From a virus: 46,238 nucleotides of DNA. The DNA is taken from positions 1 to 46,238 of the IMG/VR virus record IMGVR_UViG_3300033141_002325, one strand, 5' to 3'. Each line of letters opens with the position of its first letter. Position 1 is the first letter of the stretch. This document shows, one piece after another, positions 36,056-42,704 of the stretch. The notes below the pieces were generated by a model, which was given only the letters and a program-made list of their open reading frames with translations, was not told the origin of the DNA and ran no database searches. Made by a program: the position numbers and the translations under genes.

Positions 36056-36389
36056 TTCCTTCTCCTTCCTTTTTAATCAACTCATCTACTATCACAGTCC
36101 TCTCAATATAATAGCCTTCTTTTTCTCCCCTCGTGGTTTTGTAGAGAAGAAGATTTAGTCTTCCATGAAGACGAGAGAAAATGGCACAGGCAACAGAGCT
36201 CATAACAGAAAGGCCTGTGATTAGAATGTAATCCTCAGGAGAAGAATCCTTTAATATGGTAGCAAATCTACGATAAATACTATTTACAGCATAGCGATTA
36301 ATGTTTCCTTCAGAGAGAAAAACTAGATCGCCAAATCTTTCTGCATCCACGTGGTTATGACCTCCCTTGTTGACAATAAATACTTTCAT
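36033..36389 (-). CDS. Hypothetical protein
   Basis: 118-aa ORF. I recognised no motif. Confidence 0.6.
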   Translation of the reverse strand: MKVFIVNKGGHNHVDAERFGDLVFLSEGNINRYAVNSIYRRFATILKDSSPEDYILITGLSVMSSVACAIFSRLHGRLNLLLYKTTRGEKEGYYIERTVIVDELIKKEGEGNEKEQLK

Positions 36390-36399
36390 TTGATTTCCT

Positions 36400-36618
36400 T
36401 TAAGAGCAGTATATTTCTGGTTCTGGGATATGTTCTAAGCCAAATCTATTAACGCCAGCAGCTTCAGCAGAATCATAAGTCCCACACCACTTTCCATTAA
36501 ATCGTTCTTTCATTTTCCTTCTTGCTTGATTCTCAGATTTGGCATGGACCTTTACATAGTAACCAATATCATAAGGCTTTTGATCTATTCCAAAAGTACA
36601 ATAAAAAGTCTTATCCAT
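36400..36618 (-). CDS. Hypothetical protein
   Basis: 72-aa ORF with RBS aaggagg 7 nt upstream. Confidence 0.6.
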   Translation of the reverse strand: MDKTFYCTFGIDQKPYDIGYYVKVHAKSENQARRKMKERFNGKWCGTYDSAEAAGVNRFGLEHIPEPEIYCS

Positions 36619-36630
36619 AACTAATCCTCC

Positions 36631-36708
36631 TTATAAAAGTTGACTAATTGAACATAACCATAAAGTTAAAACTAACAACACAACTAAGTTCCAAAAGAGC
36701 TTGTTCAT
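36631..36708 (-). CDS. Possible 25-aa hydrophobic micro-peptide
   Basis: MNKLFWNLVVLLVLTLWLCSISQLL. The ATG lies 1 nt after the ligase stop TAG. It fills the gap to the next RBS. It is very short, so this is tentative. Confidence 0.3.
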   Translation of the reverse strand: MNKLFWNLVVLLVLTLWLCSISQLL

Positions 36709-36709
36709 T

Positions 36710-37537
36710 CTATTCCTCCACACTAAGAAAAACTGGAAACCTTGGCACACCTTTTCCAGGAGTTATGTTTTGGTAGGCTACATGGCAAATCTTGCCAACA
36801 AGTTGTTCCTTCTTATCCCAATAAGTTTCACGCTGTTCTTGAGTAAGTCCAGATCCCACACTGAAAATAGTTCCTTCATCACTTGTGCAAACAAGCGAAC
36901 CGAGACTTCCTTTAGAAACTCCGTTTTTATCAACCTCTTCCTTATAGCCTAAGATTGGGTAGTAGTCATCCTTTTTAGGTTTAAATTTCATGATGTAAGG
37001 ACTTCTACTTCGACGATAGGAAGCACCTGAATGACGAACTATCATTCCTTCATAGCCGTCCTTCAGAAAGCCATTATAAGCATCTATTACTTCATTAAAG
37101 GTGTTTGTTAAGACTTGTGGCACGATTTTTAAAGGGTCTAAAGCAGCTACAGTTCTTAGAAGTTTCTCAAGTCTTACTGCTTGCGGATCATCGTTGACTA
37201 TATCAAAGATGTGGAATTCTATCTCCTCAAAATTAGGATGAAGATTAGTAGTTCTTCCCACTCGAGAATGGATCTCACTAAACGAAAGTCCGTGGGTGTA
37301 AAGTTCGCCATCAAGCTCTTCGACTGAATAGCATTGATTGAGAGCCTTGTTGATGTGAGGAACTGAGACAATAGTGTTGAACTCACTACTCACAAGAACA
37401 TAACCATGAGCCTCGCTCCAGATAGCTCTGCAACGCTCACCGTCAAGTTTAGGTTGGACAATATAGGGAGGGTTCCACTTATCAAGACGTTTTTCTTCAA
37501 AAGGATAACATAACATTATTCCTTCACGTTTACTCAT
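36710..37537 (-). CDS. ATP-dependent DNA ligase (small, T7-type)
   Basis: 275 aa. Motif I is QPKLDGERC, motif III ELDGELY, motif IV YEGMIVR and motif V YIMKFKPK. Confidence 0.88.
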   Translation of the reverse strand: MSKREGIMLCYPFEEKRLDKWNPPYIVQPKLDGERCRAIWSEAHGYVLVSSEFNTIVSVPHINKALNQCYSVEELDGELYTHGLSFSEIHSRVGRTTNLHPNFEEIEFHIFDIVNDDPQAVRLEKLLRTVAALDPLKIVPQVLTNTFNEVIDAYNGFLKDGYEGMIVRHSGASYRRSRSPYIMKFKPKKDDYYPILGYKEEVDKNGVSKGSLGSLVCTSDEGTIFSVGSGLTQEQRETYWDKKEQLVGKICHVAYQNITPGKGVPRFPVFLSVEE

Positions 37538-37561
37538 TCCTTATTACCTTCTTTCTTCTTA

Positions 37562-37768
37562 TCAAATTTCTTCTATATTGTAAGAACCTTTATCTGCCAA
37601 CATATAGGCATAATCATTTGCCCACTTTCTTGCACTTATTGATGTAGTATAATCTATTCCTAATGTTTCATTCAATACTCGAGCCGATGGAGTATCTTCA
37701 AATGTTTTTATTACTACCTTTGTTTCCTCCGTTTCTGGATCTACATATTCTATTTTAAATTTAGGCAT
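37562..37768 (-). CDS. Hypothetical protein
   Basis: The track ORF extends to 37837, into the tRNA-like gene. ATG 37768 (MPKFKIEYVDP...) follows agaggttagaa. 68 aa. Confidence 0.55.
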   Translation of the reverse strand: MPKFKIEYVDPETEETKVVIKTFEDTPSARVLNETLGIDYTTSISARKWANDYAYMLADKGSYNIEEI

Positions 37769-37788
37769 TTCTAACCTCTTTCTTATGT

Positions 37789-37955
37789 TGAGGAAGACAG
37801 GATTCGAACCTGCACCTTGGTGCATCAAGGGGAACATTATTAAGATTCAGTTGCACACCTATCTTCAGTTAATTAACTTGAGGTTCAAGTTCAAGATTAA
37901 CTAATGTTGCGTCTACCAATGGCAAACAGAAACTTGCCAATTCCGCCACTTCCTC
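37789..37955 (-). tRNA. Leu-type class II tRNA-like gene interrupted by a 21-nt D-loop insertion and a 57-nt anticodon-loop insertion (possible pseudogene or unusual precursor)
   Basis: The minus strand has acceptor GAGGAAG/CTTCCTC (7 bp), D-arm GCGGAATTGG..TAGACGC, a long variable arm CCTTG-ATGCAC-CAAGG and T-arm GCAGG-TTCGAAT-CCTGT with discriminator A. Total length is 167 nt against about 87 nt expected. Confidence 0.6.
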
Positions 37956-37984
37956 ATAAGCCTTAAAATTGTGGTTTTAATTAG

Positions 37985-38021
37985 ATAAAAAAGATGAGGG
38001 GAGCGGCATAACTCCCCTCAC
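37985..38021 (-). terminator. Rho-independent terminator of the 38051..38398 unit
   Basis: The minus strand has a 9-bp stem TGAGGGGAG/CTCCCCTCA (38012-38020 / 37995-38003) and an 8-nt loop, followed by TCTTTTTTAT (37985-37994). Confidence 0.8.
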
Positions 38022-38050
38022 CAAACGAAGGAGGGATACTTCGAGAAAGA

Positions 38051-38398
38051 CTACTTCGCTTTAAGTTTCTTCAGGACGTCAGCTTTCTCTTCATCGGTCA
38101 TAGTTCCCCATTTGCCAAGAAGCATAGCAACAGGATCAACAGTTCTCTCAAGGGCAACACCGGGAACCCAGTTAGCCATTAAGGAAGTGATTTCCTCAGG
38201 ACTTTTGCCAGTAGTAATATAGCGTCTCATAGCTCCCTGAGCAGTGATTTTGAAGTTTGCTCTTGCGTTGGTGAAAACTACGTCAGCCCCAAACTTCTTT
38301 GCCATATCATCGAGGTTTTCTCCAAATTCATACAGTATTGTTGCAACCTTCGCAACACCTTCTACTTCTTTTTTTGCAGTGATTTCAATACTAGCCAT
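38051..38398 (-). CDS. Hypothetical 115-aa protein in its own promoter-terminator unit
   Basis: RBS aaaggag upstream, a sigma70-like promoter at 38504-38532 and a terminator 30 nt after the stop. Confidence 0.7.
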   Translation of the reverse strand: MASIEITAKKEVEGVAKVATILYEFGENLDDMAKKFGADVVFTNARANFKITAQGAMRRYITTGKSPEEITSLMANWVPGVALERTVDPVAMLLGKWGTMTDEEKADVLKKLKAK

Positions 38399-38503
38399 TC
38401 TTTTACTCCTTTAAGTTTATTTTTTATTAGTGGTTAAAACTCGTTAGTTGTTCTACCTCCTTTCGTCAAGATTAGTTAATTCATCATTCACTAAACATAA
38501 TAC

Positions 38504-38532
38504 ATGGTATCATACAAAATGATAGAAGTCAA
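38504..38532 (-). promoter_or_regulatory. Sigma70-like promoter
   Basis: The minus strand reads TTGACT (38527-38532), a 17-nt spacer, then TACCAT (38504-38509). The -10 box matches TATAAT at 4 of 6 positions. Confidence 0.45.
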
Positions 38533-38567
38533 GGATTTATTTTGTGGTTTTTATGCTCCTTTCACTT

Positions 38568-38873
38568 CTATGGTGTAAGTGCCGTGATTAATCTTTCTTT
38601 ATCAAATGAAGAAATATTGCCAAGACTCGATAGAATTTCTACTACTGTAGGATTCTTCTTCATTTTTGTTGTTTTCTTAGTTGGAACAGTGTAAGCAGGA
38701 ATCTTCTGAACTTTTACAAGCTTTTTCTCTGCCTCATACTTCATGCTTACCCAATAGTCGATTTGCTTGGAGACTTTATGAAGTTCTTCCTCAGCCTCTT
38801 TACGAAGTGGACTAAGTCTCACAAGTTCCTTTCGTGCCTCTACGATCTTTTTCTCAAGAGTTTCTCTTTCCAC
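38568..38873 (-). CDS. Hypothetical coiled-coil protein
   Basis: The track ORF runs to 38933, through palindrome copy 6. GTG 38873 lies 8 nt after gagggaggg. 101 aa, K/E-rich and helical. Confidence 0.55.
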   Translation of the reverse strand: MERETLEKKIVEARKELVRLSPLRKEAEEELHKVSKQIDYWVSMKYEAEKKLVKVQKIPAYTVPTKKTTKMKKNPTVVEILSSLGNISSFDKERLITALTP

Positions 38874-38889
38874 AGTAATTTCCCTCCCT

Positions 38890-38912
38890 CTTTGGGGGAT
38901 AAATCCCCATAG
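38890..38912 (-). repeat. G4-N7-C4 quasi-palindrome, copy 6
   Basis: The plus strand reads CTTTGGGGGATAAATCCCCATAG. The minus strand reads CTATGGGGATTTATCCCCCAAAG-AGGGAGGG. It lies 1 nt after the stop of 38914..39078. Confidence 0.85.
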
Positions 38913-38913
38913 G

Positions 38914-39078
38914 TTAATTAATGAAAGTAACATCTACTTCTACCTCCGTTGAGTTCTTTGCAATTTCCTTCACGATATAAAGTGCCCCAATAATAGGGGA
39001 CCTATTGCCTTCGTCAAGGATCTCATTGAACCTGATTTTGTTCTTAGTTTCTCTTTCTTTCTTGAACTTAATTCTCAT
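38914..39078 (-). CDS. Small hypothetical protein (54 aa), absent from the ORF track
   Basis: MRIKFKKERETKNKIRFNEILDEGNRSPIIGALYIVKEIAKNSTEVEVDVTFIN. The ATG overlaps the upstream stop (ATGA at 39075-39078). Confidence 0.5.
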   Translation of the reverse strand: MRIKFKKERETKNKIRFNEILDEGNRSPIIGALYIVKEIAKNSTEVEVDVTFIN

Positions 39079-39278
39079 TTCTTTACCTCCTCTATTTTAT
39101 AGTTATCTTTTTGAGGATCGAGAAAGTAATTACTCACTGCAACCCTCGAAAAACCTAGTTTGTTGCTAAGCCTTATAATCATCAGAGTAAAGGCTTGCTT
39201 TTCTGACGAAGCGTGAGAATAAATGATTAGAACTTCGCCGTGCCAATTGAAAGTTCCTTTAAACAGTCTTTTCTTCAA
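39075..39278 (-). CDS. Hypothetical protein
   Basis: 67-aa ORF from the track. Confidence 0.55.
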   Translation of the reverse strand: MKKRLFKGTFNWHGEVLIIYSHASSEKQAFTLMIIRLSNKLGFSRVAVSNYFLDPQKDNYKIEEVKK

Positions 39279-39459
39279 TGAGTTCTACCTCACCTTCTTC
39301 TTCGTGAGTGTAATAAAAGGACTCTCTCGACCTTTCCTCGTCTATTGACTCAATAAGCAGTTCGAACACTTCTTCAACTGTCTCATCGGGAGGAACCTTG
39401 ATGATTGTTGTGAAGTACTTAAAAGTCGGTCTTTTCCAACTAATTTTTACTGACTTCAT
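39259..39459 (-). CDS. Hypothetical acidic protein
   Basis: 66-aa ORF with RBS aaggaggag upstream. Confidence 0.55.
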   Translation of the reverse strand: MKSVKISWKRPTFKYFTTIIKVPPDETVEEVFELLIESIDEERSRESFYYTHEEEGEVELIEEKTV

Positions 39460-39585
39460 TTACTCCTCCTTCTTAAAAGTTTTAATTGCAGCTTTTATTG
39501 CTAGAACTAAAATTGCTATTGACGTGCCTGCTATAAATATCAAGTAGCATCCAACAAGAAATTGATATCCTCCTTCAGTCATCAT
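39460..39585 (-). CDS. Possible 41-aa single-pass membrane peptide
   Basis: MMTEGGYQFLVGCYLIFIAGTSIAILVLAIKAAIKTFKKEE. RBS gaaggaggaag upstream. The stop TAA abuts the next ATG. Confidence 0.45.
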   Translation of the reverse strand: MMTEGGYQFLVGCYLIFIAGTSIAILVLAIKAAIKTFKKEE

Positions 39586-39596
39586 TTCTTCCTCCT

Positions 39597-39842
39597 TCAT
39601 CCTTCAATAATTTTTCTACCAGGCATATGAGTCCATGTATTGTACTCCTGTTGTAGTCGTTTCATTCTTTTAACAAACTTAGGAGTATGAACTAAGCCTC
39701 GCACAACTTCTGCATTGTATGTAGCGAGTATGCCAAACTTAGCTTCCCATTCTTTTGATGTTAAAGCCTTCTTTTCTTCCTTCTTTATGTAGTTTTCAAT
39801 TGCTTGGTGAATAATTGTGCCTGTTTGAAGATTAGTAGTCAT
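39597..39842 (-). CDS. Hypothetical protein
   Basis: 81-aa ORF from the track. Confidence 0.55.
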   Translation of the reverse strand: MTTNLQTGTIIHQAIENYIKKEEKKALTSKEWEAKFGILATYNAEVVRGLVHTPKFVKRMKRLQQEYNTWTHMPGRKIIEG

Positions 39843-39855
39843 CTTTTTCTTCTTT

Positions 39856-40089
39856 CTACCAAAATTTACACTCTATTCCATCTCTCATGAAATAAGTCTT
39901 ACCATCCTTCTTCTCATAACTAACAGTATCCCACCCATGTCTTCGTTGCTTAGTCCAGAACTCAACATAAGCAGGACTTTCAACTATCTCGTCCATTGTG
40001 TAGGGTGGACAAGTGGGAGTTTGCCACCCTACACTTGCAGGACTTAGGAGGATCATGAGAAACGAAATGGAGCATAAAGTTCTTTTCAT
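39856..40089 (-). CDS. Small secreted or membrane-anchored protein
   Basis: 77 aa with a signal-peptide-like N-terminus MKRTLCSISFLMILLSPASVG. Confidence 0.55.
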   Translation of the reverse strand: MKRTLCSISFLMILLSPASVGWQTPTCPPYTMDEIVESPAYVEFWTKQRRHGWDTVSYEKKDGKTYFMRDGIECKFW

Positions 40090-40247
40090 TCTAATTGCTT
40101 AGTCTTCTCACAGTGCAGATGAGTTTTTCTAAACTTATTAATCTCCCTATAAGCAAACTTAGGAGAATCAACTTCCACGCATTTAACCTCTCCACACTTA
40201 GTGCAATGAAGAATTACTACTTCTTCTGTCTCAGTTATTTTAATCAT
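40086..40247 (-). CDS. Small zinc-ribbon-like protein
   Basis: ATG 40247 (MIKITETEEVVILHCTKCGEVKC...HLHC) follows aaggagag. The track ORF is extended to 40313. Confidence 0.5.
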   Translation of the reverse strand: MIKITETEEVVILHCTKCGEVKCVEVDSPKFAYREINKFRKTHLHCEKTKQLE

Positions 40248-40266
40248 CTTTTTCTCTCCTTCTTTA

Positions 40267-40431
40267 TTAGAACTCTTTAGGCACAGTAATGTTAATAAAG
40301 CGATCAGCAGCAAAGTCTATCTCAATAAGTGACGGTGCTTCTTCAGGACGAAGTTCATGAATAATTGAGACAAAGATTTCTGTCTTATCGTCAATATCAT
40401 CTAATCCCTTTATTAATTCTTCTTTAGTCAT
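40267..40431 (-). CDS. Small acidic protein (54 aa), absent from the ORF track
   Basis: MTKEELIKGLDDIDDKTEIFVSIIHELRPEEAPSLIEIDFAADRFINITVPKEF. The ATG lies 15 nt downstream (minus sense) of palindrome copy 7. Confidence 0.5.
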   Translation of the reverse strand: MTKEELIKGLDDIDDKTEIFVSIIHELRPEEAPSLIEIDFAADRFINITVPKEF

Positions 40432-40446
40432 AAGATGTTCCTTTCT

Positions 40447-40469
40447 CTATGGTGATTTATTCCCCAAAG
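40447..40469 (+). repeat. G4-N7-C4 quasi-palindrome, copy 7 (GGTG variant)
   Basis: The plus strand reads CTATGGTGATTTATTCCCCAAAG. It overlaps the last 4 codons and the stop of 40457..40738. Its 15-nt core is identical to that of copy 4. Confidence 0.75.
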
Positions 40470-40738
40470 GGAATTTCCTCATTAACTATCCTTGTCATCC
40501 TTCTGTGACTTACTGAGCCTGCCACACAAAGGAACATATCCTCTCCATTGACGTTAGTTAGCAAGTAACGTTGACCACGTCCCACGCCAAGGCCTACTCC
40601 TGCAGCCTCATGACATCTTGGACAAAGTATGCCCCAAGGACCTCTAAAAGTCTTGCCATCAAAAAACTCATTCTCAATCTTCCTTCCACAAAGATCACAA
40701 CTTGTAGGGATTGAGCCGTGCCATTTATCTAAGTCCAT
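40457..40738 (-). CDS. Zinc-ribbon protein
   Basis: ATG 40738 follows ggaaggagaaagta. 93 aa with CDLC...CPRC. The track ORF is extended to 40780. Confidence 0.6.
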   Translation of the reverse strand: MDLDKWHGSIPTSCDLCGRKIENEFFDGKTFRGPWGILCPRCHEAAGVGLGVGRGQRYLLTNVNGEDMFLCVAGSVSHRRMTRIVNEEIPFGE

Positions 40739-40836
40739 TACTTTCTCCTTCCTGGAATCTTCCTCTTGGCTATCTTGCAAAAGGATAGAACCAAAATAAC
40801 TACTGCTAAAATAAGTATTGCTATAAGTGCTTTCAT
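40738..40836 (-). CDS. Possible 32-aa membrane peptide
   Basis: MKALIAILILAVVILVLSFCKIAKRKIPGRRK. RBS gaagggagg upstream. The stop overlaps the next ATG (TAATG). Confidence 0.4.
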   Translation of the reverse strand: MKALIAILILAVVILVLSFCKIAKRKIPGRRK

Positions 40837-40855
40837 TATTCCTCCCTTCGTTTAT

Positions 40856-41032
40856 TTAGAACCAATCAAAAGTCATGATTGCCAAAGAACTATCTTTATC
40901 CTCAGGATTCCATAAGTTAATATCATCTGTAGTAGGATGAAAAGTGTTACCATTCACATCTACAATCAAGATCTTGTCCTTATCAAATGATTGTAGATGT
41001 TTTATTAACTCGTCAACTGTTGTTAGTTCCAT
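40856..41032 (-). CDS. Small hypothetical protein (58 aa), absent from the ORF track
   Basis: MELTTVDELIKHLQSFDKDKILIVDVNGNTFHPTTDDINLWNPEDKDSSLAIMTFDWF. RBS gaaggag upstream. Confidence 0.5.
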   Translation of the reverse strand: MELTTVDELIKHLQSFDKDKILIVDVNGNTFHPTTDDINLWNPEDKDSSLAIMTFDWF

Positions 41033-41105
41033 TATTTCTCCTTCGTTTTATTTTAGTATATCATAAATGAAGCAAGATGTCAAGCAGCCTGTTCATTTAT
41101 TTCAA

Positions 41106-41645
41106 CTATGCAACCACGTTATTAGGAACAACTCCCAGTGCGTTCTTGATCTTTTTTAGTTCTTCCTTCTCCTTCTCCTCATATTCATGGAGATTGATTT
41201 CTCCTGAAGCATCAGAGATTCTTTCCTTCTGTTCTTTTTCCTTTTTGTCCCAGTTCTCAACCTGCTGTTTAACTACTGCATATAAGTTGTCATCTTGCTC
41301 TCGCTTTATAGAAGTTGTTATCTCACTCATTCTTGCAGACCTATGAGCTAATGAAGTTGAGTCAATTCCGGCGAGATTACAATAGAGATTTCGCCTGCCT
41401 CGACCTGAAGGATTCAAACTCCCTTCCAAGCCAAACTCTTGAAGAATTCTTTGAGCATCTTCTACATCCTCAACTATTGTCGCCGAGCCATTGTTCTTGA
41501 GAACTTCTACCATTCCTTCTAACGTTAGTCTAGTCAACTCACTTATCGACCTCACTCTTTCTCCTTGATCATAGTACCAAAGCACTAATGATGCAAGAGT
41601 AGTTCTTTTACATCTCGTTTGCACCACGCTATCATTCTTCATCAT
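41106..41645 (-). CDS. Hypothetical protein, first gene of the second minus-strand transcription unit
   Basis: 179-aa ORF with RBS aaaggagaagg. A consensus-like promoter lies 25 nt upstream. Confidence 0.65.
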   Translation of the reverse strand: MMKNDSVVQTRCKRTTLASLVLWYYDQGERVRSISELTRLTLEGMVEVLKNNGSATIVEDVEDAQRILQEFGLEGSLNPSGRGRRNLYCNLAGIDSTSLAHRSARMSEITTSIKREQDDNLYAVVKQQVENWDKKEKEQKERISDASGEINLHEYEEKEKEELKKIKNALGVVPNNVVA

Positions 41646-41668
41646 TTCCTTCTCCTTTCATTGTCATA

Positions 41669-41697
41669 AGCATATCATATTCCATGGTAGTTGTCAA
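41669..41697 (-). promoter_or_regulatory. Sigma70-like promoter
   Basis: The minus strand reads TTGACA (41692-41697), a 17-nt spacer, then TATGCT (41669-41674). Confidence 0.65.
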
Positions 41698-41717
41698 TGT
41701 ATTATTTGGTGGTATTG

Positions 41718-42069
41718 TATGTTGTTTATGTCTTAAGTGTTTGTTTGCTTTGTATGTCAAATATGCCTCGTATGTCACCCCGTCTCCCTTTCCTCAAATT
41801 CATTCCCCATAGCTGAGCTCTTCTCTTCTATGATGATAAATTCTTCATAGAGATTCCTTCTACTACTTTCCTTCTTCTACTTATTCTTCTTCCTTCTTCC
41901 TTATTTTATTCTTATCTCTTTTTTTTTTTTTCTATATATATATATAAGAGAGAGAGAGAGAAGAGAAACTAAGGCTTCTTCCTCTTTGGGGAATGGTTTT
42001 TAAGAGGAAGGGTGGGGGTAGCATACAAGACATATTTGACACTTAAGACATAAAGACATAAAAGACACT
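41718..42069. other. Non-coding hub: inverted iteron arms flanking a pyrimidine tract and microsatellites (replication-origin or control-region candidate)
   Basis: The left arm has TATGTY at 41718, 41727, 41753 and 41771. The right arm has AGACAYW at 42028, 42046, 42054 and 42063. There are perfect inverted pairs TATGTCTTAAGTGT (41727-41740)/ACACTTAAGACATA (42039-42052) and GTCAAATATG (41756-41765)/CATATTTGAC (42031-42040). Confidence 0.7.
41919..41960. repeat. Contiguous T13-C-(TA)7-(AG)7 microsatellite block
   Basis: T-run at 41919-41931, TA x7 at 41933-41946 and AG x7 at 41947-41960. It is preceded by about 100 nt that is almost entirely pyrimidine on the plus strand. Confidence 0.95.
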
Positions 42070-42100
42070 GATTGTGGCATTAATCCAAGGATGGAGTTCC

Positions 42101-42123
42101 CTATGGGGAATTAATCCCCAAAG
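42101..42123 (+). repeat. G4-N7-C4 quasi-palindrome, copy 8
   Basis: CTATGGGGAATTAATCCCCAAAG. It lies 17 nt downstream (minus sense) of the terminator at 42140-42169, at the edge of the non-coding hub. Confidence 0.85.
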
Positions 42124-42139
42124 GAGAGTGAGTAAAAGA

Positions 42140-42169
42140 AGAGGGACACACTTGTGGTCGTGTCCCTCT
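42140..42169 (-). terminator. Rho-independent terminator ending the first minus-strand unit
   Basis: A 10-bp stem (42140-42149 / 42160-42169, AGAGGGACAC/GTGTCCCTCT) with a 10-nt loop. The minus strand then reads TCTTTTACT. Confidence 0.7.
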
Positions 42170-42178
42170 CGAAGGTTA

Positions 42179-42364
42179 TTATATGTCTTTATCCCAGTTA
42201 CTCATCTTATCAAGTTGTCCTTCCATTTGGAAATCATCTAATATACCTTTATCACCCTGAATAAAGGATATACCTAAAATAGTATGAGTGTCTTTAGGAT
42301 CTCCTGAGCCTTCATAGAATATATGAAGACTTTTCACGTTTCCTATCTTACGTCTTAGTATCAT
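42179..42364 (-). CDS. Hypothetical protein
   Basis: 61-aa ORF with RBS aagggagaaa upstream. Confidence 0.55.
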   Translation of the reverse strand: MILRRKIGNVKSLHIFYEGSGDPKDTHTILGISFIQGDKGILDDFQMEGQLDKMSNWDKDI

Positions 42365-42385
42365 TTAATTTCTCCCTTCGTTTAG

Positions 42386-42463
42386 TTAAGTTAGTGCTAT
42401 CAAGATCGTGCCGTAAGCACTAAGCATGATAGTCCAATAAAAGATTCTACAAAAGCTTCTCAT
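42386..42463 (-). CDS. Possible 25-aa hydrophobic micro-peptide
   Basis: MRSFCRIFYWTIMLSAYGTILIALT, with RBS aagggagaatcta upstream. It is very short, so this is tentative. Confidence 0.3.
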   Translation of the reverse strand: MRSFCRIFYWTIMLSAYGTILIALT

Positions 42464-42475
42464 TAGATTCTCCCT

Positions 42476-42640
42476 TTATTTCATAGTCCAAGTAGGTTTG
42501 TGTCTTAAGGTAACAACATATTCTTCGCCTTCGTAGATTATACTAAACTCGGCTGTTGTACCCACAGGCTTGACTTCTGGTCTTTTCAGTGTAGTCCAGA
42601 GTTGAGCCAGAAACTTTGCTGCTTTAATAGTATCTGCCAT
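42476..42640 (-). CDS. Small hypothetical protein (54 aa), absent from the ORF track
   Basis: MADTIKAAKFLAQLWTTLKRPEVKPVGTTAEFSIIYEGEEYVVTLRHKPTWTMK. RBS aaaggagcaag upstream. Confidence 0.5.
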   Translation of the reverse strand: MADTIKAAKFLAQLWTTLKRPEVKPVGTTAEFSIIYEGEEYVVTLRHKPTWTMK

Positions 42641-42704
42641 TTTCTTGCTCCTTTCATTTTAGTTTTACGAGTCCTTTTCCATAAGTGCCTAGAGGTTAGT
42701 TTGT

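Noticed and set aside
37839-37902. Ochre-suppressor tRNA (anticodon UUA) indicating stop-codon recoding
   Set aside because: All large genes are open in the standard code, and TAA is used as a genuine stop (for example in terL). The inferred loop would have G33 instead of the near-invariant U33. The reading also depends on an unproven excision at the TTAAT repeat.
37833-37941. Archaeal-type bulge-helix-bulge introns in the tRNA-like gene, implying an archaeal host
   Set aside because: The insertion positions (D-loop and 37/38) are archaeal-like. When I tried to build the BHB, positions 32-35 (AGUU) had to pair with the intron 3' end (..AUCUU-AA). Only 2 of the 4 central-helix pairs form. The genome also has sigma70 -35/-10 promoters, an M15 peptidoglycan peptidase and a proteobacterial-type holin, all of which point to a bacterial host.
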